From Alphaproteobacteria bacterium (GTDB lineage Bacteria; Pseudomonadota; Alphaproteobacteria; Micavibrionales; UBA1664): a stretch of DNA of 42,234 bases. The position numbers were made by a program, and so were the translations under genes. Below are positions 35,457-42,234 of this stretch, piece by piece. The stretch spans positions 1-42,234 of the forward strand of contig JAGWXJ010000002.1 of the NCBI GenBank assembly GCA_018969935.1. The letters are read 5' to 3'. Every line of letters starts with the position of its first letter. Positions within the stretch are counted from its first letter, which is position 1. The notes beneath the pieces were generated by a model. The model was given only the letters and a program-made list of their open reading frames with translations, ran no database searches and was not told where the DNA came from.

Positions 35457-36928
35457 CAGCCGAACCTTTTATCGAGATCCTTGAAGCGGGTGTACTGCGC
35501 GTCAAAGAACATTTCCACGATGCCGATAGGGCCGTGACGCTGTTTGCCGATAACGGCTTCAGCCACGTTGTGGACGCTGGACATCTTGCGTTGCCATGCT
35601 TCGATTTTTGCGGCGTCTTCCTCGTTCGGTTTTTCGCGTTCGAGGTAATACTGCTCGCGGTAGACGAACATCACGACGTCGGCATCCTGCTCGATGGAGC
35701 CTGATTCACGAAGGTCGGAGAGCTGGGGGCGTTTATCCTCGCGCGATTCAACGGCACGTGAGAGCTGCGAGAGGGCGATGACGGGTATTGCCAGTTCCTT
35801 TGCGATGGCTTTGAGGCCGCGCGTAATTTCCGATACCTCGTTCACGCGGTTTTCGGATTGTTTGGAGCCGGTGCCGCGCAAGAGCTGCAAGTAGTCAACG
35901 ACCAGCAAATCGAGGCCGTGTTTACGCTTCATGCGGCGCGCGCGTGTACGCACGGCGGTGATGGAAAGGGCTGCCGTATCATCGATGTACAAAGGCACCT
36001 GCGCGAGATGCGCCGATTGTTCGGCCAGCCTGTGGAAGTCGTCTTTCGAGAATTCACCGCGGCGGATGCGGTCACCCGATATTTCGGCAAGGTCGGACAG
36101 CAGACGTGTGGCGAGCTGGTCGGCCGACATCTCGAGCGAGAAAAAGCCTACGATGCCGCCCTCCTTGCCCCCTGACCTGCGGTAGGCATCGGCCGCGTTG
36201 AAAGCCAGCGTGGTGGCCAGCGCGGTTTTACCCATGGAAGGACGGCCTGCGAGGATAATGAGATCGGATGGTTGGAGGCCGCCGAGTTTTTTATCGAGAT
36301 CCTTGAGGCCGGTTGTGACGCCCGTGACATGGCCTTCCGACTTGAAGGCTTTTTCAGCAAGCTGGATGGCTGCTGCCGTGGCATCGCGCATGGTGACAAA
36401 ACCTTTGTCACCCTGACCGGATTCACCGATCTGGAAGAGTTTGGCCTCGGCCTGTTCAAGGCAGTCCTGAGCGGAGGTGTCGATATCCGATTCAAAGGCT
36501 TCGTTGACGAGGTCATTGCCGATGGAAATAAGTTCGCGGCGGGTGGCCATATCGCGGATGAATTTCGCGTAGTTGGCGGCATTGACGACCGTGACAACCG
36601 AGGCCGCAAGATCGGCGATGTATTGGGCGCCGCCGCGTTCTTCCAGTTCGGCGTCTTTTTCGAAGTAGGGTTTGAGCGTGACGGGGTCGGCATTCTGGCC
36701 GCGGTCGACCATCTTGACGATGGCGTCAAAAATGCGCTGGTGGACGGGGGCAAAAAAATGCTCGGCTTTCACAATGTCACCGACGTTTTCAAGCGCGCGG
36801 TTGTCGGTGAGAAGGGCGCCGAGCAATGCCTGTTCCGCCTCCAGGTTATGGGGCAGGATACGGAAGCCTTGCGGTTCAACGGACGTCGTATTGGCCGGAA
36901 CCACCTGAATGCGTTTTTCTGAAAGCAT
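35456..36928 (-). CDS. dnaB: Replicative DNA helicase DnaB
   Basis: PHNLEAEQALLGALL, Walker A AGRPSMGKTA, VVDYLQL and SQLSRAVE. Confidence 0.97.
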   Translation of the reverse strand: MLSEKRIQVVPANTTSVEPQGFRILPHNLEAEQALLGALLTDNRALENVGDIVKAEHFFAPVHQRIFDAIVKMVDRGQNADPVTLKPYFEKDAELEERGGAQYIADLAASVVTVVNAANYAKFIRDMATRRELISIGNDLVNEAFESDIDTSAQDCLEQAEAKLFQIGESGQGDKGFVTMRDATAAAIQLAEKAFKSEGHVTGVTTGLKDLDKKLGGLQPSDLIILAGRPSMGKTALATTLAFNAADAYRRSGGKEGGIVGFFSLEMSADQLATRLLSDLAEISGDRIRRGEFSKDDFHRLAEQSAHLAQVPLYIDDTAALSITAVRTRARRMKRKHGLDLLVVDYLQLLRGTGSKQSENRVNEVSEITRGLKAIAKELAIPVIALSQLSRAVESREDKRPQLSDLRESGSIEQDADVVMFVYREQYYLEREKPNEEDAAKIEAWQRKMSSVHNVAEAVIGKQRHGPIGIVEMFFDAQYTRFKDLDKRFG

Positions 36929-37016
36929 GGTGTGATGCTAAAGAGCGTCGTTGCTTTTTGGAATAGAAAACGAGGCGCCAAAGCCACAAAACGTGGGGTT
37001 AGCCTGTGGGCCACAT

Positions 37017-37025
37017 TGTGGATAA
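37017..37025 (-). promoter_or_regulatory. Perfect DnaA box (TTATCCACA on the minus strand) upstream of dnaB
   Basis: TGTGGATAA read directly, 89-97 nt upstream of the dnaB ATG. It sits next to the palindrome TGTGGGCCACA. Confidence 0.4.
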
Positions 37026-37127
37026 ATATGGCCCGATTGGGGCATTCGGGCCGCAATAACACCTTTGCAGCGTCACGAAAGCAACGAATAGGGCCGCTAG
37101 ATTAAGACCATGGAGAGGAGAAATTCC

Positions 37128-37247
37128 ATGAAAGCTTTTAACGCCAATGCCTATGTATTAACGGGTGTCAAAATGGTGCCGGTTGCAAAAGCGGCCATCC
37201 ACCCCATTGCGGCCAATACGAATATAGAATTCAAACGAGCCGGTTAG
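37128..37247 (+). CDS. Candidate small protein, 39 aa (not in the ORF track)
   Basis: ATG is preceded by GGAGAGGAG at 7-nt spacing. It encodes MKAFNANAYVLTGVKMVPVAKAAIHPIAANTNIEFKRAG with stop TAG. A strong bidirectional terminator begins 8 nt later. Confidence 0.35.
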   Translation: MKAFNANAYVLTGVKMVPVAKAAIHPIAANTNIEFKRAG

Positions 37248-37254
37248 AGCTACT

Positions 37255-37285
37255 AAAAAACCCCGCCAGACAGGCGGGGTTTTTT
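37255..37285. terminator. Bidirectional rho-independent terminator
   Basis: AAAAAA-CCCCGCC-agaca-GGCGGGG-TTTTTT. It can serve rplI (minus) and the small ORF (plus). Confidence 0.85.
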
Positions 37286-37308
37286 GTATGCGGTATGAAG
37301 CGCCAGTA

Positions 37309-37887
37309 TTAGGCGGCAGCTTCTTCGGCAGGGGCTTCGGCTGCAGCTTCTTCAGCTTTGGCTTCGGCTTTTTCGGCCTTGTCTTCGCCTTCCGACTTAA
37401 CAAGGGCTTTACCGGTTTTCTTCTGGATCGCGGCTTCCTCTTCGGTGCGGGCGATGTTGACCGTAACCGTGACCTTCACTTCAGGGTGAAGGGCGATGGC
37501 AACAGGGAACAGGCCAAGCGTTTTGAGAGGCGCGTTGAGAACAACCTGATTGCGGTCGGCGGCAACTTTGGAAGCTGCTGCAACTGCATCGGCGATGTCA
37601 CGCGTGGAAACCGAGCCGTACAGGTGGCCGGCTTCGGAAGCCTGACGGATGATGGACACCGTGAGGCTTTCCAGCTTTTTGCTTTCTTTTTCTGCGGCTT
37701 CACGCTTTTTGGCGTTGGCGGCTTCCAAAGCAGCTTTTTCGCGCTGGAAGTATGCACGGTTGGCTTCCGTTGCGCGGAGAGCCTTGCGCTGGGGCAGAAG
37801 GTAGTTGCGGGCGAAACCGTCACGCACTTTCACTTCCTGACCGAGGGTGCCGAGCTTTTCGATTTTTTCGAGAAGGATGACTTGCAT
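37309..37887 (-). CDS. rplI: 50S ribosomal protein L9, with an acidic Ala/Glu/Lys C-terminal extension
   Basis: MQVILLEKIEKLGTLGQEVKVRDGFARNYLLPQ. The tail is ..GEDKAEKAEAKAEEAAAEAPAEEAAA. Confidence 0.94.
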   Translation of the reverse strand: MQVILLEKIEKLGTLGQEVKVRDGFARNYLLPQRKALRATEANRAYFQREKAALEAANAKKREAAEKESKKLESLTVSIIRQASEAGHLYGSVSTRDIADAVAAASKVAADRNQVVLNAPLKTLGLFPVAIALHPEVKVTVTVNIARTEEEAAIQKKTGKALVKSEGEDKAEKAEAKAEEAAAEAPAEEAAA

Positions 37888-37890
37888 GGA

Positions 37891-38277
37891 TTAGCCCTCC
37901 TTCGAGTTTTCGAATGAGCCGAACGAACGGTCGGTACGGGGGCCGCGCTCAGGGCGGTCACCGAAGGAACGTTGTGGCGGCAGTTCGTCACGGACGTACG
38001 GCATGAGGGCCATGAAGCGGGCGCGTTTGATGGCTTGTGCCAGTTCGCGCTGCTTTGCGGCCGATACTGCCGTGATGCGGGACGGCATGATTTTGCCGCG
38101 CTCGGAGATGTAGCGCATCAGGGTTTTTGTATCCTTCCAGTCGATTTTCTGGGCGTTGTCGCCAGAAAACGGGCAGGTCTTGCGACGGCGGAAGAAAGGT
38201 GCGCCAGCTGCGCCGCCTTTATCGCCTTCAGCGCCACGCTCGGGGCGGGGGCCGCGTTGTTCTCTATCGAAAGCCAT
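37891..38277 (-). CDS. rpsR: 30S ribosomal protein S18, with N- and C-terminal extensions
   Basis: Core sequence [62 protein letters not shown]. The protein is 128 aa in total. Confidence 0.94.
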   Translation of the reverse strand: MAFDREQRGPRPERGAEGDKGGAAGAPFFRRRKTCPFSGDNAQKIDWKDTKTLMRYISERGKIMPSRITAVSAAKQRELAQAIKRARFMALMPYVRDELPPQRSFGDRPERGPRTDRSFGSFENSKEG

Positions 38278-38606
38278 TATGCAGCCTCCTTCTTAGGTTG
38301 TTTTTTTTCTTCGGAAGCGAAGTTCTCGATGCGTACCGACATGAAGCGCAGGACGTCTTCGGAAAGACGGAGGTTGCGCTCAAGTTCGTGCAGGGCAGCT
38401 GCCGGCGTGTCCAGTTCGAACAGCACGTAGTGGCCTTTGCGGTTTTTGTTGATGCGGTATGCGAGGGTTTTGAGGCCCCAGTGTTCGGTCTTGTGGACCT
38501 TGCCACCGTTGTCGGTGACAATTTTGCCCATCTTTTCGGCGATCTGTTCCACTTGCGCGGGCGCCAGATCCTGCCGTGCGATGAACACGGTTTCGTACTT
38601 AGCCAT
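38277..38606 (-). CDS. rpsF: 30S ribosomal protein S6
   Basis: [36 protein letters not shown]. Its stop overlaps the rpsR start by 1 nt. Confidence 0.94.
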   Translation of the reverse strand: MAKYETVFIARQDLAPAQVEQIAEKMGKIVTDNGGKVHKTEHWGLKTLAYRINKNRKGHYVLFELDTPAAALHELERNLRLSEDVLRFMSVRIENFASEEKKQPKKEAA

Positions 38607-38776
38607 TTTTTTCTCCTTACGGTTATGACGGGAACCATTCCCGCCAAAGCTGATAAAAAATCAGCAAGGCAAGGCGTAAAAAGCATAGTTCAGGTGGAAA
38701 ATGCAAGCAGTTTATTGACATTTGGGCGTAAAAACGGCTTTTTAGGGGCGCGTCAAAAAACCATTTAGGGGGCAAG

Positions 38777-39739
38777 ATGAAACGCGCGTTCGTATTTCCG
38801 GGGCAGGGCAGCCAGACAGTCGGTATGGGCAAGGACCTTGCCGAAACCTTTGCGGAGGCCCGCGAAACCTTCGAGCGCGTCAGCGACGCCATCAAGCTGG
38901 ATATTACCAAAATCATGTTCGAGGGGCCCGAGGGCGACCTGAACCTTACCGAAAATACGCAGCCTGCGCTGATGGCCGTATCCATGGCCGTGGTGCAGAT
39001 TTTGAAAAAGCAGGGCGGCATCCGCATGGACCAGCATGCCGCTTTTCTGGCCGGGCACTCGCTGGGTGAATATTCGGCCCTGACCGCAGGCCGCGCCTTT
39101 GAACTGAACGACACATCCCGCCTTTTGAAATTGCGTGGCAAGGCCATGCAGCGTGCCGTGCCCGTTGGCAAGGGTGCCATGGCGGCCATCCTTGGCCTTG
39201 ATTTTGATGCCGTAACGGCACTGGCCAAAGAGAACGCAGCAACCAATACCAACGGCGACTGTGTTTGTGAATCCGCCAACGACAACGCCCCCGGGCAAGT
39301 TGTTATTTCCGGCCATACGGAAGCCGTGCAGTCGTTTGTAAACCTTGCATCATCCCGCGGGGCGAAGCGCGCCATCATGCTGCCTGTTTCCGCACCCTTC
39401 CATTGCCGCCTGATGGCGCCTGCCGCTGCCGAGATGGCAAAGGCGCTGGCGCAAGTCACCATCCGCCCGCCTTGTGCGCCGGTTGTGTGCAACGTGACAG
39501 CCAAGGCCGAGGATGACCCGAATAAAATACGCCAGTTGCTGGTTGACCAGATCATTGGCCGTGTGCGCTGGCGCGAGAGCGTCATGTGGATGGCGCAGCA
39601 GGGCGTTACGGAGTTTATCGAGCTTGGGGCCGGCAAAGTGCTTTCGGGCCTTGTCAAACGCATTGACGGCAATGTGGCCACCATGAATGCTGGCACGCCT
39701 GCCGAAATCGAAGCGCTTATCAAACATCTGCAAGGGTAA
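38777..39739 (+). CDS. fabD: Malonyl-CoA:ACP transacylase
   Basis: FVFPGQGSQ and the active site GHSLGEYSAL. Confidence 0.96.
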   Translation: MKRAFVFPGQGSQTVGMGKDLAETFAEARETFERVSDAIKLDITKIMFEGPEGDLNLTENTQPALMAVSMAVVQILKKQGGIRMDQHAAFLAGHSLGEYSALTAGRAFELNDTSRLLKLRGKAMQRAVPVGKGAMAAILGLDFDAVTALAKENAATNTNGDCVCESANDNAPGQVVISGHTEAVQSFVNLASSRGAKRAIMLPVSAPFHCRLMAPAAAEMAKALAQVTIRPPCAPVVCNVTAKAEDDPNKIRQLLVDQIIGRVRWRESVMWMAQQGVTEFIELGAGKVLSGLVKRIDGNVATMNAGTPAEIEALIKHLQG

Positions 39740-39745
39740 TCACAC

Positions 39746-40483
39746 ATGTTTTCTTTGGAAGGTAAAACGGCACTGGTAACCGGTGCCACGGGCGGGATTG
39801 GCGAGAGCATTGCGCGCGCGCTGCATGCGCAGGGCGCCACGGTTGGTATATCGGGCCGCAATAAAGAGAAGCTGGATGCGCTGGCCGCAAGCCTTGGTGG
39901 CCGTGTGCATGTATTGCCTGCTGATCTTTCCGATGCTGCTGCCACCGACAAGCTGGTGGAAGATGCGATTGCCGCCATGGGCAAGATTGATGTGCTCATC
40001 AATAACGCGGGCCTTACCAAGGACAACCTTGCGCTGCGCCTTAAGGACGAAGACTGGCAGGCCGTGCTTGATGTGAACCTGACAGCGCCTTTCCGCCTTG
40101 CGCGCGCTTGCCTCAAGGGCATGATGAAGAACCGCTGGGGCCGTATTGTGAACATCACATCCATCGTTGGCGTGACGGGCAACCCCGGCCAGACCAACTA
40201 TGCTGCATCCAAAGCAGGCATGATTGGCTGGAGCAAATCCATGGCGGCGGAAATTGCGTCGCGCAACGTGACGGTCAATTGCATTGCGCCCGGCTTTATT
40301 GCGACAGCGATGACGCATGTGCTTGATGATGCGCAAAAAGAGAAACTGAATGGCACCATCCCCATGGGGCGTATGGGCACGGCTGATGAAATTGCGGCTG
40401 CCGCCGTTTACCTTGCATCCAACGAAGCTGCTTACGTGACGGGGCAGACACTGCACGTCAACGGCGGCATGGCGATGATCTGA
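39746..40483 (+). CDS. fabG: 3-oxoacyl-ACP reductase
   Basis: VTGATGGIGESIA, NNAG, YAASKAG and TLHVNGGMAMI. Confidence 0.96.
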   Translation: MFSLEGKTALVTGATGGIGESIARALHAQGATVGISGRNKEKLDALAASLGGRVHVLPADLSDAAATDKLVEDAIAAMGKIDVLINNAGLTKDNLALRLKDEDWQAVLDVNLTAPFRLARACLKGMMKNRWGRIVNITSIVGVTGNPGQTNYAASKAGMIGWSKSMAAEIASRNVTVNCIAPGFIATAMTHVLDDAQKEKLNGTIPMGRMGTADEIAAAAVYLASNEAAYVTGQTLHVNGGMAMI

Positions 40484-40523
40484 TGCATCCTATTTTCGCC
40501 GCATTCAGGGGCGATAACAGGGC

Positions 40524-41195
40524 ATGACCATCAAGGCTATTCTTTTTGATTGTGACGGGACGCTGGTTGATACCGAGCTCATGTGCGCGCGGGCGTTTAC
40601 CGATGCGCTCAAGCTATATGGTGTCGATTGCGCGCCCGAGCTGATGCTGACGGAATTTTTTGGCATACCCAATACGCAGATTGCCGAAAAACTATCGGCC
40701 CGATTTGGCGTGGCGCTGCCCGAGGAGCCCATTACCAAAATCTATACAGACAACGTGTTTGCCACGATGGCTGAACAGATGCGTGTGCTGGCCGATAGCG
40801 TTGCGTATGTCAAAGGCCTCAAGGACCGCGGGTTCAAACTTGCAGTCGGGTCCAACGGTACAAAAGACGTGGTGGTGGAGGAGTTGCGGGTGGCCGGTTA
40901 CCTTGGCGATATCATACCCCGCCCGCTTGTTTTTACGGCCATTGACGTTGCCAACCCGAAGCCTGCGCCCGACATGTATTTGATGGCTGCCGAGGCCTGC
41001 GGCGTAGCCCCCGAAGAATGCGTGGTGGTGGAGGATAGCGCCGCAGGCGCCCGCGCCGGGCTTGCCGCCGGTATGCGGGTTGTGGGGTATACGGGCCTAG
41101 CGCATGATGCGGCGTATTCACGCCAACGCCTTGAAAATGCAGGCGTTTCCAGAATTATTGAGGTTTTGCCCGCGCTTGATGTGCATCTTTTATAG
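40524..41195 (+). CDS. HAD-superfamily hydrolase (beta-phosphoglucomutase/phosphatase subfamily IA-like)
   Basis: Motif I FDCDGTLVDTE, motif II VGSNG, the KPAPDMY lysine motif and motif IV VVVEDSAAG. Confidence 0.85.
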   Translation: MTIKAILFDCDGTLVDTELMCARAFTDALKLYGVDCAPELMLTEFFGIPNTQIAEKLSARFGVALPEEPITKIYTDNVFATMAEQMRVLADSVAYVKGLKDRGFKLAVGSNGTKDVVVEELRVAGYLGDIIPRPLVFTAIDVANPKPAPDMYLMAAEACGVAPEECVVVEDSAAGARAGLAAGMRVVGYTGLAHDAAYSRQRLENAGVSRIIEVLPALDVHLL

Positions 41196-41276
41196 GAAAG
41201 GGTTGTCAGCCCCATCGGGCTTTGCTAAGACTTGGCGACTTTTAAAGAAGTAAAACTCTATCAAGGAATTGAAAAC

Positions 41277-41516
41277 ATGAGCGATATCGCAGCCCGCGTT
41301 AAAAAGATTGTGATCGAACATCTGGGCGTCGAAGAAGACAAAGTGGTCGAGAGCGCCAGCTTTATTGATGATCTGGGCGCTGATTCGCTGGACACGGTCG
41401 AGCTGGTCATGGCGTTCGAAGAAGAATTCAACATCGAGATCCCCGATGACGCCGCCGAAAAAATCCAGACCGTTGGCGACGCTGTAAAATTCATCAGCGA
41501 AAAATCCGCCGGTTAA
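41277..41516 (+). CDS. acpP: Acyl carrier protein
   Basis: 79 aa. The phosphopantetheine site is [20 protein letters not shown] prefer ATG 41277. Confidence 0.96.
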   Translation: MSDIAARVKKIVIEHLGVEEDKVVESASFIDDLGADSLDTVELVMAFEEEFNIEIPDDAAEKIQTVGDAVKFISEKSAG

Positions 41517-41532
41517 TTTGGTTACCCCATTC

Positions 41533-41564
41533 ATTACGCCGGCAATTCGTTTTGCCGGCGTAAT
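41533..41564 (+). terminator. Perfect 13-bp hairpin after acpP (partial terminator or attenuator)
   Basis: ATTACGCCGGCAA-ttcgtt-TTGCCGGCGTAAT followed by TTATT, a weak U tract. It lies between acpP and fabF. Confidence 0.6.
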
Positions 41565-41588
41565 TTATTCCAGCAAGCGAGTTCCCCT

Positions 41589-42234
41589 ATGAAACGTGTG
41601 GTCGTAACAGGTATGGGTATGGTAACCCCGCTGGGTGCGGGTGTGGCGCACAACTGGACGCGCATCACGCGCGGCGATTCAGGGATCTCGCGCATCACGC
41701 ATTTCGATGCGTCGGAGCTTTCTTCACAAATTGCAGGCGTCGTGCCGCGCGGGACCGAAGCCGGCCAGATGAACGCCGATGATGTGGTGCCGCCCAAAGA
41801 CCAAAAGAAAATCGATGATTTTATCCTGTATGCCATGGCAGCCGCCAAGGAAGCCGTGGGCGATTCAGGCTGGGTTGCCGAGAGCGAAGAAGACAGATGC
41901 CGCACCGGCGTTATGATCGGATCCGGCATCGGGGGATTATCCTCGGTCGAGCATACGGCCATCCAGCTCAAGGAAAAGGGGCCGCGCCGCATTTCGCCTT
42001 TCTTCATCCCCGGCTCGCTTATCAATCTTGCCTCCGGCCAAGTATCCATCCAGTACGGTTTCAAAGGCCCCAACCATTCCGTCGTGACAGCCTGTGCCAC
42101 TGGTACGCACGCGATTGGCGATGCCGCGCGCCTTATCATGTGGGGTGATGCCGATGTGATGGTGGCTGGCGGTGCTGAATCCGCCGTGTGTTATCTGGGC
42201 GTTACGGGTTTTTCGGCCCTGCGCGCGCTATCGA
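41589..42234 (+). CDS. fabF: Beta-ketoacyl-ACP synthase II (partial, runs off the window end)
   Basis: MKRVVVTGMGMVTPLGAGVAHNW.. ..GPNHSVVTACATGTHAIGDA (active-site Cys region). The frame is open to the window edge. Confidence 0.94.
   Translation, partial: MKRVVVTGMGMVTPLGAGVAHNWTRITRGDSGISRITHFDASELSSQIAGVVPRGTEAGQMNADDVVPPKDQKKIDDFILYAMAAAKEAVGDSGWVAESEEDRCRTGVMIGSGIGGLSSVEHTAIQLKEKGPRRISPFFIPGSLINLASGQVSIQYGFKGPNHSVVTACATGTHAIGDAARLIMWGDADVMVAGGAESAVCYLGVTGFSALRALS

Noticed and set aside
39691-39707. TGGCAC sequence resembling the -24 element of a sigma-54 promoter.
   Set aside because: It lies inside fabD coding sequence, and no TTGC(A/T) -12 element follows at the required spacing.
38623-40197. 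524-aa ORF on the minus strand spanning fabD and fabG.
   Set aside because: It is antisense to two unmistakable housekeeping genes. The translation is Ala/Ser/Arg/Pro-rich low-complexity sequence typical of shadow ORFs in GC-rich DNA. It has no SD and no recognisable motif.

Overview
This 42.2 kb window looks like densely packed core chromosome of an alphaproteobacterium. GC is in the mid-to-high 50s % by eye (not computed). I call about 50 CDS, one tRNA-Leu(CAG), and several intrinsic terminators and candidate regulatory sites.

Recognisable conserved blocks:
- kpsF-lptC-lptA-lptB-rpoN-hpf
- ftsK-gluQ-lolA-(FNR-like oxidoreductase)-recR
- dnaB, then rpsF-rpsR-rplI
- fabD-fabG-(HAD)-acpP-fabF
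- hsp20-DUF1150
- asd, cysS, pheA, pmbA
- a wza/wzc-type polysaccharide export pair
- a respiratory cluster: membrane cytochrome c, ctaA, TrxR-type ferredoxin-NADP reductase, an unknown membrane protein, and an adrenodoxin-type ferredoxin

I saw no CRISPR array, IS element, integrase, prophage module or recognisable defence or toxin genes. I cannot honestly point to a clear-cut novel multi-gene system.

The observations most worth a second look:
1. A CtrA-family regulator whose receiver domain has lost the phospho-acceptor Asp and the rest of the phosphorylation pocket.
2. Four perfect TTAA-N7-TTAA (CtrA-type) boxes, all intergenic, upstream of a His-less PtsN-like gene, hpf and ftsK. The ftsK locus also carries a cluster of GANTC sites.
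3. A ctaA / ferredoxin reductase / unknown membrane protein / [2Fe-2S] ferredoxin neighbourhood that mirrors the eukaryotic Cox15-Arh1-Yah1 haem A pathway.
4. Two perfect DnaA boxes, both intergenic.
5. An unannotated 39-codon ORF with a strong SD between dnaB and rplI.
6. An orphan 112-aa gene whose leader contains an intrinsic terminator.

All calls come from reading the translations and sequence by eye. No searches were run.
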